64,000 nt of DNA from Eledone cirrhosa. Its lineage: Eukaryota. The notes below the pieces were generated by a model. It had not been told where the DNA came from, searched no databases, and was given only the letters and a program-made list of their open reading frames with translations. This document shows positions 11,830 through 25,675 of the stretch, in pieces. Numbering within the stretch: position 1 is the first letter of the stretch; every line of letters starts with the position of its first letter. Location of the stretch: contig OZ024752.1 of NCBI GenBank assembly GCA_964016885.1, positions 42,966,001-43,030,000 of the forward strand, in the 5' to 3' direction. The translations under genes and the position numbers were made by a program.

Positions 11830-12013
11830 AAGTATGACCCCGACGGCAGAGCTCAAGCTGTTTCGACGGCTATTTCTGGACAGAATTAGCCGTCGAAACG
11901 GCTTGAGCTCAGCCGTCGGGGTCCTACTCGTTCCTATTACCCACTCTACTACCCTAAGTATTGAGTACTTTGGTGCGTTATGGTCCACCTGGTTCCGTAC
12001 CACATTTCCTTCG

Positions 12014-12063
<50 letters not shown>

Positions 12064-12247
12064 CGAATGAGTTGTGGTAAGGAACCAGATGGACCATAAC
12101 GCACCAGAGTACTCAATACTTAGGGTAGTAGAGTGGGTAATAGGAGAAAGTATGACCCCGACGGCAGAGCTCAAGCCGTTTCGACGGCTATTTCTGTCCA
12201 GAAATAGCCGTCGAAACGGCTTGAGCTCTGCCGTCGGGGTCATACTT

Positions 12248-12251
<4 letters not shown>
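11826..12251. mobile_element. Two family B Penelope-like ends, each an internal palindrome, inverted around a (TA)n spacer
   Basis: Units 11826-12015 and 12061-12251; each carries GAAAC-GGC ttgagctc(t/a) GCC-GTC-GGGG (hammerhead stem III plus GUC) in both orientations. Confidence 0.75.
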
Positions 12252-12289
<38 letters not shown>

Positions 12290-12452
12290 GTATGTATGTA
12301 TAGTGAAAGATGTACTTAATGACCTGTAATCAAGTAATTTCAATGAATTGCAGACGACACATTTGATGTGAACTCTTAAATACAATACCACACCGCATAC
12401 ACTCACCCTCAACACAGACATCTATACATATACACACATATATACACATATG

Positions 12453-12518
<66 letters not shown>

Positions 12519-12584
12519 CGTGTGTGCGTGCATATATATATACACACACACATACACACCCACACACACACACATATATATATA

Positions 12585-12715
12585 TAACAAAGAACGTGTG
12601 GTAAGGAACCAGGTGGACCATAACGCACCAGAGTACTCAATACTTAGGGTAGTAGAGTGGGTAATAGGAAAAGAGTCAGGACCCCGACGGCTGAGCTCCG
12701 GCCGTTTCAACAGCT
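12585..12715 (-). mobile_element. Family B Penelope-like end
   Basis: GTGGTAAGGAACCAGGTGGACCATAACGCACCAGAGTACTCAATACTTAGGG...GACCCCGACGGCTGAGCTC. Confidence 0.7.
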
Positions 12716-12744
12716 AGATCCGAACTCAATAACATTGTAATTAT

Positions 12745-14402
12745 TCTTACATCATAACTATCCTTACGTGGTAACTATCCTTCCATGGTAACTATCCTTA
12801 CACCGTAACTATCCTTCCATCGTAACTATCCTTACATGGTAACTATCCTTACATGGTAACTATCCTTACATCTTAACTATCCTTACATGGTAGCTATCCG
12901 TACATGGTAACTATCCTTACATCTTAACTATCCTTACATGGTAACTATCCTTACCTCTTAACTATCCTTACATGGTAGCTAGCCTTACATGGTAACTATC
13001 CTTACATCATAACTATCCTTACATGGTAGCTATCCTTACATGGTAACTATCCTTATATGGTAGCTATCCTTACATCATAACTAACCTTACATGGTAGCTA
13101 TCCTTACAGCATAACTATCCTTACATGGTAACTATCCTTACAGCATAACTATCCTTACATGGTAACTATCCTTACAGCATAACTATCCTTACATGGTTGC
13201 TATCCTTACAGCATAACTATCCTTACATGGTAGCTATCCTTACATGGTAGCTATCCTTACATGGTAGCTTTCCTTACATGGTAGCTATCCTTACAGCATA
13301 ACTCTCCTTACATGGTATCTATCCTTACAGCATAACTATCCTTACATGGTAACTATCCTTACATGGTAACTATCCTTACAGCATAACTCTCCTTACATGG
13401 TAGCTATCCTTACATGGTAACTATCCTTACATCATAACTATCCTTACATGGTAACTATCCTTACAGCATAACTATCCTTACATGGTAGCTATCCTTACAG
13501 CATAACTATCCTTACATGGTAACTATCCTTACAGCATAACTATCCTTACATGGTAACTATCCTTACAGCATAACTAACCTTACATGGTAGCTATCCTTAC
13601 ATGGTAGCTATCCTTACAGCATAACTATCCTTACATGGTAGATATCCTTACATGGTAGCTATCCTTACATGGTAGCTATCCTTACATGGTAGCTATCCTT
13701 ACAGCATAACTCGCCTTACATGGTATCTATCCTTACAGCATAACTATCCTTACATGGTAACTATCCTTACATCTCACCTATCCTTACATGGTAACTATCC
13801 TTACAGCATAACTCTCCTTACATGGTAACTATCCTTACATCTGACCTATTCTTACATGGTAGCTATCCTTACATGGTAACTATCCTTACATCTTAACTAT
13901 CCTTACATGGTAACTATCCTTACAGCATAACTCTCCTTACATGGTAACTATCCTTACATCTCACCTATCCTTACATGGTAGCTATCCTTACATGGTAGCT
14001 TTCCTTACATCATAACTATCCTTACATGGTAGCTATCCTTACATGGTAGCTATCCTTACATCATAACTATCCTTACAGCATAACTATCCTTACATGGTAA
14101 CTATCCTTACATCTCACCTATCCTTACATGGTAGCTATCCTTACATGGTAACTATCCTTACATCTTAACTATCCTTATATGGTAACTATCCTTACATCAT
14201 AACTATCCTTACAAGGTAGATATCCTTACATGGTAGCTATCCTTACATCATAACTATCCTTACATGGTAACTATCCTTACAGCATAACTATCCTTACAGC
14301 ATAACTATCCTTACAGCATAACTAACCTTACATGGTAGCTATCCTTACATGGTAACTATCCGTACATGGTAACTATCCTTATATGGTAGCTATCCTTACA
14401 TT
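12745..14402. repeat. 17-bp minisatellite (TAACTATCCTTACATGG and variants), roughly 95-100 copies
   Basis: Direct reading; variants end in TGG/GCA/TCA/TCT, with TAAC or TAGC. Confidence 0.95.
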
Positions 14403-14496
14403 GCTCCTTTCCAGCTTTGTTCAATGGGATTTTTAATGAATAAACACGAATAAAAAAAATACAACAAACAAAAAAAATAAAAGGCCAAAACAAAAT

Positions 14497-14672
14497 AATT
14501 GTTTCTACTTTTAGCACAAGGCCAATACCTATCCCAGTGTATTACTGGTACTTTATTTAATCGACCCCGTAAGGATGAAAGGCAAAGTTAACCTCGGCAG
14601 GATTTGAACTCAGAATAGCAAGGGCCGTAACTCTATGCTTGGCGTCCGACCCTCTACCGATACTGCCAATCC
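14497..14672 (-). mobile_element. SINE family 1
   Basis: Reverse complement of the consensus. Confidence 0.8.
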
Positions 14673-15242
14673 AAAACAAAATACTGTTAGATTAGAAGGA
14701 AGGAAAAGGGGAGGAGGGAGAAGATAGGCCCGGGAGGGGGAGGTGAGGAAGGGGCGGCGATGGAAGGGGTGGAGGATGAGGAAGGGTGCTGGGAGAAGGG
14801 GAAGGAGTAGTGAACTAATTTTAGTAGGTAAGGTAAGTAGGTATGTTACTAAGGAGTGGGTGTAGGTTAAGGACTTAATGGGGTGGGTGAGGGGTGGGTC
14901 GGTGGGTAAGTAGGTAGGTAAACAGTAAAAGTAAAGGTAAGAGGTAGGAGTGGTGGTGGTGGTGGTAGGGGGATGGTGGTGGTAGTAGGAGGATGGTGGT
15001 GGAATGAATGAGGTAGAAAATATCAGATATATATATATATGTATGTATATGTATGTATGTATATGTAATATATATACATATATATATACATATATACATA
15101 TATATATACATATATATACATATATATATGTATATATATATATATATATATATACCTATATATATGTGTATATATATGCATGTATATGTATATATATATA
15201 TATATATATGCATATACATATATATATATATATATAGATATG

Positions 15243-15344
<102 letters not shown>

Positions 15345-15367
15345 CATATATATACATACATATATAT

Positions 15368-15435
<68 letters not shown>

Positions 15436-15863
15436 CAAAGGAATTGTGGTAAGGAACCAGATGGACCATAACGCACCAGAGTACTCAATACTTAGGGTTG
15501 TAGAGTGGGAAATAGGAAAAAGTATGGCCCCGACGGCACACACACAGAAACAAAATGGCGTAGGACAGAACAAAGGAGAGGCACAGAAACAAAGAAAGGA
15601 ATCCCCAGTCACTGAAGAGGTCACAGAGTGTGTGACGAAAGAACTATGACAATATATAATCAACTATCTGGTTGTGGAACCAACCAACCAACCAGAAATT
15701 TATAAATTTATAAATTTATTATAAATTTATTATAATAATAAATTGAAGTGAAAGCAACTGGTGCGTGTGTTTCTTATTGGCAACATGACCCTCCCAAAGT
15801 ATAACAATATCGGTTTCAACACACGATTTCAGATAAAGAATCTTGCTAAACAAATTCAGAAAC

Positions 15864-15939
<76 letters not shown>

Positions 15940-15945
15940 GTATAT

Positions 15946-16117
<172 letters not shown>

Positions 16118-16224
16118 GTATATATATGTAAGAGATGTCAACTATTTCTATCTGAAGACATTTTTTCAAATTCCAATCCGCCCGTCACTTCAATCTATCT
16201 TATTTCTCATATTTCTCATTCTTT

Positions 16225-16258
16225 CTTCTGATGAAGGACTAACGTCCGAAACGTTAAG
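16225..16258 (+). ncRNA. Minimal type I hammerhead (family C), dimer-type
   Basis: CTT-CTGATGA-A-GGAC taac GTCC-GAAAC-GTT-AAG; loopless palindromic stem III AACGTT as in Penelope minimal hammerheads; tail 16260-16345 is also present inverted at 7465-7560. Confidence 0.7.
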
Positions 16259-16436
16259 CCCCTCTTCCTGCTATATCAAGCGTTAACCTAATATATTCCT
16301 TCCATATACTGTACCTAATGTGTTGTTATTTCTGTTTACCTTTTACACACACACATATATATATATATATATAAAATGTAAACGTCTTCAAATTTTTTTT
16401 CCTTTTCTCATATATATATATATATGAGGAAAGGAA

Positions 16437-16471
<35 letters not shown>

Positions 16472-16493
16472 CGTATGTATATATATATATGAT

Positions 16494-17101
16494 GTCAGGT
16501 CACCAGTTGGTGCTACTGGTAACATGTATCCCAGTACAACCTGTCTCATGGTCGGGTCGTTGGCGACTAAACTGGCAACCCCACCAAGGTTTCTTGGTGA
16601 GGAGGGTGACTTTGGACATCCTGCAGGACTAAAAACAAAACCTGTCAAAGGGCAAAGGAGCTCTTAAGAGTCAATGGCCATCCAAAATCACCGGGAGAGA
16701 TGACCCCTTAGCCTTTGTCAAGGCAGAATTCTAGGAGAAGGAAAACTCTGATATAACACCTGCAACCTTGATGGTATCCAATGATGTTGACTTGTTCTTC
16801 TTTTTGGTAAATATCATCTTGGTTAAGAGAGTGGGACTGGCTTTGTGCAGTGCCTTTGCTCACTATAAAAGCTTCACGGCACAGGCATTGCTTTATATCT
16901 GGAGATCTCTCTGCACTTGTCCTCACATGGTACCATGGGCCCAGCACTATGTGTCAATAATTGTCACAAGTGTAGTGTTTGTACCAGAGTTTTCAAGTCG
17001 CTGGCTGGACTAAAAAGTCACACTCGTTCAGCGCATCGGTAGGGGTTCTCCTACATGGATATAAAGTAGTGGCCGTACTCGAAAACGAGTTGGCAGCCAC
17101 C
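16494..17101 (-). mobile_element. ~610-bp non-coding interspersed element (copy 1)
   Basis: Near-identical reverse complement of 19308-19914; flanked by TA/ATAC-type repeats. Confidence 0.8.
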
Positions 17102-17112
17102 ATATATACATA

Positions 17113-17246
<134 letters not shown>

Positions 17247-17312
17247 ATATATATATATATATACGTATATATATGTATACATATATACGTATATATATAT
17301 ATATATATATAT

Positions 17313-17419
<107 letters not shown>

Positions 17420-17431
17420 CATATATATACA

Positions 17432-17463
<32 letters not shown>

Positions 17464-17464
17464 C

Positions 17465-17516
<52 letters not shown>

Positions 17517-17863
17517 AAAAGGGTGAAAAAATTAAAATTAAAGACGTTTACATTTTATTTAAACAAAGAGTGAAAGATGACAGCTGTGTTTTGTTAAATA
17601 ACGAAGCTCTATGGAAAATATTTGTAGAAAATTGAATATTTGTCATGTGAAGTATCGATATACGTGGGTTTGTCGGTGTGTTTGAGTGTGTGAATGTGTG
17701 TGTGCGTGTGTGCGTGTATGTGTGTGTGGGGTGTTTGGTTTAAAAAAATGTGGGCGCCTACCTTTTCATTATCTTTTATACAAGTATGTTATGAGTGTGT
17801 ATGTGTGTGTGTGAATATGTTTGTGTGTGTGTGTACGTCTAGAGGAGAGCAAATGAGCGAGAG

Positions 17864-17926
<63 letters not shown>

Positions 17927-18509
17927 AGGGCGGGTAAAATTCCCGAGATCCATGGACGAGTTCTCTCCAGCAGTCTCTATCCCTCATTATCGCTGCCATG
18001 TCCTGCGTCTCCAACAGACCAGTGTCTGTCCTTAGGGCATCAACATACGTTAACCTCGGTCTTCTTCTTCCAGTGTGTCCATGTAGGGGCTCCCAAAGGA
18101 GCACTGAGTGCAATGTCATTTCTGAATGTCGGTGAGCATGTCCAGCTAACCTCAGTCTCCTCTGTGTCACTTTTGAGCTGACTTTTGGGAGGCTCCCGTA
18201 CAGCTCTGAGTTTTTCATCCTCAGTGTATACTGATTAATGTTCAGAGCCATCCTCAGCATTCTCGTGTAGCACCCATCCACCATCTGAGTTAGTTTCTTG
18301 GTCAGTGTCCAAGTCTCAGATCCGTACAGCAGCACAGACTCCACTATAGCAAGGAAGAGGCGGATTTTCAGGTCTCTACGAAGGTCCGACTTCCACACCG
18401 ATCTCAAGCTTAATAGGATCCAGCCTGAGATGGAGAAGAAGCTCAGGGACAACCAGAACGACTTCAGAGAGGGAAGATCAACCACCAGTCACATCCTGAT
18501 GCTGTGGAG

Positions 18510-18510
<1 letters not shown>
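17927..18510 (-). mobile_element. RTE LINE insertion with 5' inversion
   Basis: Minus strand 17927-18405 encodes VESVLLYGSETWTLTK...RRLRLAGHAHRH...RRRPRLTYVD; plus strand 18405-18510 encodes RT motif LNRIQPEMEKKLRDNQNDFREGRSTTSHI; flanked by (TA)n. Confidence 0.8.
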
Positions 18511-18550
<40 letters not shown>

Positions 18551-18772
18551 CGATAAAGAGAGAGAAAGAAACAGTGAGATACATACATCTCTTCGCACAC
18601 ACACACACACACACAGAAACACTCACATCGGTTATTACCCATACATACATATATAATTGGTTCTACTTTTGGCACAAGGCCAGCAATTACCCAGTGCATT
18701 ACTGGTACTTTATTTTATCGACCCCGTAAGGATGAAAGACAAAGTTAACTTCGGCGGGATTTATACATATAT

Positions 18773-19206
18773 AATGGCTGCATCTCAGTTTCGGGTATTG
18801 CCATCCCTTGACCTTTGTCTCCTACATGAGTGGCACAAACATAACCTTTTAGCCCTGCCAAGGACTTAAATTCCTTTCTGTATATGCTGCAGAGAAAGAA
18901 AAATAAGAAAAGGAGGACCATGCTCACACAACACCCATGGAAGTCGTTTAGATCAAGTGATGTCTGTGATTGAAGCTTTTTTTAAATGAAGAAAGGCCTT
19001 GGTTTGGAGCAATGCCACTCTCTGTACAACAGTGACAGGTATCTAACAAGAAGAACAGGTCAACATCATTGGCTGACATCGAGTTGAAGGTTTTATATCA
19101 GAGTTTTCCTTCTAGAATGATACCCTAACAAGATCTAGGGGTCTCTTACTCCAGGTGAGGTAACCGCTTGCTTAGGCACCAAACCGAATATTTCCATGTC
19201 ACCACG
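18773..19206 (+). mobile_element. Diverged relative of the 610-bp element
   Basis: Shares AAGAAGAACARGTCAACATCATTGG...TTATATCAGAGTTTTC...GGGGTC and a similar 5' hairpin; followed by (CATA)n. Confidence 0.65.
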
Positions 19207-19307
19207 CATACATACATACATACGTATACATACGTACGTATATATGTATATACGTACGTATATACATACGTACATACATATATACATGCATACGTACGTA
19301 CATACAT

Positions 19308-19914
19308 GGTGGCTGCCAACTCGTTTTCGAGTACGGCCACTACTTTATATCCATGTAGGAGAACCGCTACCGATGCGCTGAACGAGTGTGGCTTTTTAGT
19401 CCAGCCAGCGACTTGAAAACTCTGGTACAAACACTCCACTTGTGACAATTATTGACACATAGTGCTGGGCCCATGGTACCATGTGACGACAAGTGCAGAG
19501 AGATCTCCAGATATAAAGCAATGCCTGTGCCGTGAAGCTTTTATAGTGAGCAAAGGCACTGCACAAAGCCAGTCCCACTCTCTTAAGCAAGATGATATTT
19601 ACCAAAAAGAAGAACAAGTCAACATCATTGGATACCATCAGGGTTGCAGGTGTTATATCAGAGTTTTCTTTCTCCTAGAATTCTGCCTTGACAAAGGCTA
19701 AGGGGTCATCTCTCCCGGTGATTTTGGATGGCCATTGACTCTTAAGAGCTCCTTTGCCCTTTGACAGGTTTTGTTTTTAGTCCTGCAGGATCTCCAAAGT
19801 CACCCCCTCACCAAGAAACCTTGGTGGGGTTGCCAGTTTAGTCGCCAACGACCCGACCATGAGACAGGTTGTACTGGGATACATGTTACCAGTAGCACCA
19901 ACTGGTGACCTGAC
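19308..19914 (+). mobile_element. ~610-bp non-coding interspersed element (copy 2)
   Basis: Starts GGTGGCTGCCAACTCG and ends GGTGACCTGAC, directly followed by (ATAC)n. Confidence 0.8.
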
Positions 19915-19993
19915 ATACATACATACATACATACATACATACATACATACATACATACATACATACATACATACATACATACATACATACATA

Positions 19994-20363
19994 CGTAACC
20001 CATCATTATTGGAGCTACGGGTTATATACCAACCCGCTTGGACCAAAGTATGACTGAACTTGGATTTGCGGACAAAGAGCGCAGCTCCCTAATTCATAGT
20101 CTACAAATGGCTTCGATAGCTGGCACCTTCAAAATTTGCAAAACATTCTTGCGATTCAAGGGATGACAATTTCTTTTCTTTTACAACCTTGACACCAGGA
20201 AGGTGGCCGGTCAAAAAATACACTCGAAATTAAGAGAAAGAGAGAACATATCTACCTAGTTGATGTGTAAATTCCAATGAGAGAGTCTTGTAACTATGTT
20301 AGAAAGCGACTCTCTCTTTCTATTGGTAAACATTTATAAAATTATAAAACCAGAAGAACTGAC
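19994..20363 (+). mobile_element. R4/Dong-like (REL endonuclease) LINE 3' end
   Basis: Encodes [11 protein letters not shown]...SIAGTFKICKTFL; 3' UTR shared with 61160-61275 (CCAATGAGAGAGTC...GACTCTCTC...ATTGG; AAACCAGAAGAA); preceded by (ATAC)n. Confidence 0.7.
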
Positions 20364-20708
20364 GTACATACTTTACTATCACAATCAGTAAGTGGAACAA
20401 TTATAATATGTAAGACTTTTTTAAAGTCTTACATTAAACAATTATGGTTGTTATCTCAATACTAGCGATGGGGTTTTGTTTCTTTGTTTCTTTGTTTCTT
20501 TGTTTCTTTGTTTCTTTGTTAGAAACACCTGCTCCTTTATAAGAAATCAAATAATTAAAAATAATAGACACCTTACATACATATACACATACATACATAT
20601 ACACTACATACACATACATACATATACACTACATACACATATGTATACGTATGTACACCAACACACCTATATAAATACATACATATGAATAAACGCACAC
20701 ACACACAG

Positions 20709-20785
<77 letters not shown>

Positions 20786-20880
20786 AGTATATTCATATGT
20801 AGATCCATACACGCACACATGCACACATACACACACATCTCTCCCTCTCACTCTCACCCCCCTCTCTATACATATATATA

Positions 20881-20996
<116 letters not shown>

Positions 20997-21008
20997 AAAA
21001 AACATACT

Positions 21009-21065
<57 letters not shown>

Positions 21066-21148
21066 CACAGACATACACACACCACACACACACACATATA
21101 TATATATATACACAAATATATGTATATATATATATATGTATATATATG

Positions 21149-21266
<118 letters not shown>

Positions 21267-21387
21267 CAAATATATATATATATACATACATATATATATA
21301 TATATATGCATACACATATATATACATGTACTTACATACTAATGAGTACAATGTAAAGTATGCGAGGTTAAGCTGTTGGGAAGGTGG

Positions 21388-24300
21388 GTGTGGTGTGGTG
21401 TGGTGTGGTGTGGTGTGGTGCGGTGTGGTGTAGTGTGGTGTTGTGTGGTGTGGTGTAGTGTGGTGTGGTGTAGTGTGGTGTGGTGTAGTGTGGTGTGGTG
21501 TGGTGTGGTGTAGTGTGGTGTGGTGTGGTGTGGTGTAGTGTGGTGTGGTGTGGTGTGGTGTAGTGTGGTGTGGTGTAGTGTGGTGTGGTGTAGTGTGGTG
21601 TGGTGTGGTGTGGTGTAGTGTGGTGTGGTGTGGTGTGGTGTAGTGTGGTGTGGTGTGGTGTAGTGTGGTGTGGTGTAGTGTGGTGTGGTGTGGTGTGGTG
21701 TGGGGTGGTGTGGTGTGGTGTGGTGTGGTGTGGTGTAGTGTGGTGTGGTGTGGTGTGGTGTGGTGTGTGGTGTAGTGTGGTGTGGTGTAGTGTGGTGTGG
21801 TGTGGTGTGGTGTAGTGTGGTGTGGTGTAGTGTGGTGTGGTGTGGTGTGGTGTGGTGTGGTGTAGTGTGGTGTGGTGTGGTGTGCTGTGGCGTAGTGTGG
21901 TGTAGTATGGTGTAGTGTGGTGTAGTGTGGTGTAGTGTGGTGTGGTGTGGTGTGGTGGTGTGGTGTGGTGTGGTGTAGTGTGGTGTGGTGTGGTGTAGTG
22001 TGGTGTGGTGTAGATGTGGTGTGGTGTAGTGTGGTGTGGTGTAGTGTGTGTAGTGTGGTGTGGTGTGGTGCGGTGTGGTGTGTGTGGTGTGGTGTAGTGT
22101 GGTGTAGTGTGGTGTGGTGTGGTGTAGTGTGGTGTGGTGTAGTGTGGTGTAGTGTGGTGTGGTGGTGTGGTGTGGTGTAGTGTGTGGTGTAGTGTAGTGT
22201 GGTGTGGTGTGGTGTGGTGTGGTGTAGTGTGGTGTGGTGTAGCGACATGTGGTGTGGTGTAGCGACATGTGTGTGGTGTGGTGTAGTGTGTGTGGTGTAG
22301 TGTGGTGTGATGTGGTGTGGTGTGGAGTAGTGTGGTGTGGTGTGGTGTGGTGTAGTGTGGTGTGGTGTAGCGACATGTGGTGTGGTGTAGCGACATGTGG
22401 TGTGGTGTAGCGACATGTGGTGTGGTGTGGTGTAGTGTGGTGTGGTGTGGTGTAGTGTGGTGTGCTGTAGCGACATGTGGTGTGGTGTAGCGACATGTGG
22501 TGTGGTGTAGTGTGGTGTGGTGTAGTGTGGTGTGATGTGGTGTGGTGTGGTGTAGTGTGGTGTGGTGTGGTGTAGTGTGGTGTGGTGTAGCGACATGTGG
22601 TGTGGTGTAGCGACATGTGGTGTGGTGTGGTGTAGTGTGGTGTGTGGTGTGGTGGTGTAGTGTGGTGTGGTGTGGTGTAGTGGTGTGGTGTGGTGTGGTG
22701 TAGTGTGGTGTGGTGTAGCGACATGTGGTGTGGTGTAGCGACATGTGGTGTGGTGTGGTGTAGTGTGGTGTGGTGTGGTGTAGTGTGGTGTGGTGTGGTG
22801 TAGTGTGGTGTGGTGTGGTGTGGTGTAGTGTGGTGTGGTGTAGCGACATGTGGTGTGGTGTAGCGACATGTGGTATTGTGTGGCGACATGTGGTGTGGTA
22901 CTCGTGCAAGAGACGGTGGTTTGGTGGCGGTGTGGTGTAGTGTGGTGTGGTGTAGTGTGGTGTGGTGTGTGTGGTGTGGTGTGGTGTGGTGTGTGTGGTG
23001 TGGTGTAGTGTGGTGTAGTGTGGTGTAGTGTAGCGACATGTGTTGTGTGTGGTGGTGTGGTGTGGTGTGGTGTGGTGTGGTGTTGTGTGGTGTGGTGTGG
23101 TGTAGTGTGTGTGGTGTGGTGTAGTGTGGGGTGTAGTGTGGTGTAGTGTAGCGACATGTGTTGTGGTGTGGTGTGGTGTGGTGTGGTGTGGTGTGGTGTT
23201 GTGGTGTGGTGTGGTGTGGGTGTAGGTGTGGTTGTGGTGTGTAGTGTGGTGTGGTGTGTAGTGTAGTGGGTGGTAGTGTGTGTGTGGTGTGGTGTGGTGT
23301 AGCGACATGTGGTGTGGTGTAGCGACATGTGGTGTGGTGTGGTGGTAGTGTGGTGTGTGGTGTGGTGTAGTGTGGTGTGGTGTAGCGACATGTGGTGTGG
23401 TGTAGCGACATGTGGTGTGGTGTGGTGTAGTGTGGTGTGGTGTAGTGTGGTGTGATGTGGTGTGGTGTAGTGTGGTGTGGTGTGGTGTGTGTAGTGTGGT
23501 GTGTTGTAGCGACATGTGGTGTGGTGTAGCGACATGTGGTGTGGTGTAGCGACATGTGGTGTGGTGTGGTGTAGTGTGGTGTGGTGTGGTGTAGTGTGGT
23601 GTGGTGTGGTGTAGTTGTGGTGTGGTGTAGCGACATGTGGTGTGGTGTAGCGACATGTGGTGTGGTGTAGCGACATGTGGTGTGGTGTGGTGTAGTGTGG
23701 TGTGTGGTGTGAGTGTAGTGTGGTGTGGTGTGTGTTGTGTGGTGTGGTGTAGCGACATGTGGTGTGGTGTAGCGACATGTGGTGTGGTGTAGCGACATGT
23801 GGTGTGGTGTGAGTGTGGTGTGGTGTGGTGTAGTGTGGTGTGGTGTGGTGTAGTGTGGTGTGGTGTAGCGACATGTGGTGTGGTGTGGTGTAGTGTGGTG
23901 TGGTGTGGTGTAGTGTGGTGTGGTGTGGTGTAGTGTGGTGTGGTGTAGCGACATGTGGTGTGGTGTGGTGTAGTGTGGTGTGGGTGTGGTGTAGTGTGGT
24001 GTGGTGTGGTGTAGTGTGGTGTGGTGTAGCGACATGTGGTGTGGTGTAGCGACATGTGGTGTGGTGTAGCGACATGTGGTGTGGTGTGGTGTGGTGTGGT
24101 GTGGTGTAGTGTGGTGTGGTGTGGTGTTAGTGTGGTGTGGTGTAGCGACATGTGGTGTGGTGTGGTGTAGTGTGGTGTGGTGTAGTGTGGTGTGATGTGG
24201 TGTGGTGTGGTGTAGTGTGGTGTGGTGTGGTGTGGTGTATGTTGTGTGGTGTAGCGACATGTGGTGTGATGTAGCGACATGTGGTGTGGTGTGGTGTAGT

Positions 24301-25675
24301 GTGGTGTGGTGTAGTGTGGTGTGATGTGGTGTGGTGTGGTGTAGGTGTGGTGTGGTGTGGTGTGGTGTAGTGTGGTGTGGTGTAGCGACATGTGGTGTGG
24401 TGTGGTGTAGTGTGGTGTGGTGTAGTGTGGTGTGATGTGGTGTGGTGTGGTGTAGTGTGGTGTGGTGTGGTGTGGTGTAGTGTGGTGTGGTGTAGCGACA
24501 TGTGGTGTGATGTAGCGACATGTGGTGTGGTGTGGTGTAGTGTGGTGTAGTCGTGGTGTGGTGTAGTGTGGTGTGGTGTGGTGTGGTGTAGTGTGGTGTG
24601 GTGTAGCGACATGTGGTGTTGTGTGGCGACATGTGGTGTGGTACTCGTGCAAAAGACGGTGGTTTGGTGGCGGTGTGGTGTAGTGTGGTGTGGTGTAGTG
24701 TGGTGTGGTGTGGTGTGGTGTAGTGTGGTGTAGTGTGGTGTAGTGTGGTGTAGTGTGGTGTAGTGTAGTGTAGTGTAGCGACATGTGTTGTGGTGTGGTG
24801 TGGTGTGGTGTGGTGTGGTGTGGTGTAGTGTGGTGTAGTGTGGTGTAGTGTAGCGACATGTGTTGTGGTGTGGTGTGGTGTGGTGTGGTGTGGTGTGGTG
24901 TGGTGTGGTGTGGTGTGGTGTGTGTGGTGTGTGTAGGTGTGGTGTGGTGTGTGTGGTGTGGTGTGGTGTGTGTAGTGGTGTGGTGTGGTGTGGTGTGTGT
25001 GGTGTGGTGTAGTGTGGTGTGGTGTGGTGTGGTGTGGTGTGTGGTGTGGTGTGGTGTGTGTGGTGTGGTGTGTTGGTGTGGTGTGGTGTGGTGTGGTGTG
25101 GTGTGGTGTGGTGTGGTGTGGTGTGGTGTGTGTGTGGTGTGGTGTGTGTGTGGTGTGGTGTGGTGTGGTGTGGTGTGGTGTGTGTGGTGTGGTGTGGTGT
25201 GGTGTGGTGTGGTGTGTGTGGTGTGTGTGGTTGGTGTGTGGTGTGGTGTGGTGTGGTGTGGTGTGGTGTGGTGTGGTGTGGTGTGGTGTGGTGTGGTGTG
25301 GTGATGTGGTGTGGTGTAGTGTGGTGTGGTGTGGTGTGGTGTGGTGTGGTGTGGTGTGGTGTGGGTGTGGTGTGGTGTGGTGTGGTGTGGTGTAGTGTGG
25401 TGTGGTGTGGTGTGGTGTGGTGTGGTGTGGTGTGGTGTGGTGTGGGTGTGGTGTGGTGTGGTGTGGTGTGGTGTAGTGTAGTGTGGTGTAGTGTGGTGTG
25501 GTGTGGTGTGTAGTGTGGTGTAGTGTGGTGTGGTGTGGTGTGGTGTGGTGTGGTGTGGTGTGGTGTAGTGTGGTGTGGTGTGGTGTGGTGTGGTGTGGTG
25601 TGGTGTGGTGTGGTGTGGTGTGGTGTGGTGTGGTGTGGTGTGGTGTGGTGTGGTGTGGTGTGGTGACATGTGGTA
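21388..25675. repeat. (TGTGG)n pentanucleotide array with TGTAG and TAGCGACATG variants
   Basis: Direct reading; ~4.3 kb; source of the spurious H/T/P-rich ORFs. Confidence 0.95.

Noticed and set aside
12745-14402. CRISPR-like constant core with variable linkers
   Set aside because: Linkers are only ~6 nt and are drawn from a few recurring variants.
15785-15865. Hammerhead in family E
   Set aside because: A GAAAC plus short stem is present on the minus strand, but the core reads CTGAATT or GCGATGA depending on the copy; not supportable without more copies.
16708-17013. Short ORFs conserved between the two 610-bp copies
   Set aside because: Conservation reflects recent duplication; no recognisable domain, and the diverged relative has indels.
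19308-19390. HDV-like ribozyme at the 5' end of the 610-bp element
   Set aside because: P1-like (GGTGGCT/GGCCACT) and P2-like (CTCGTT/AACGAG) pairings exist, but no P3/L3 or P1.1 GG can be assigned; kept only as an unspecified structured 5' end.
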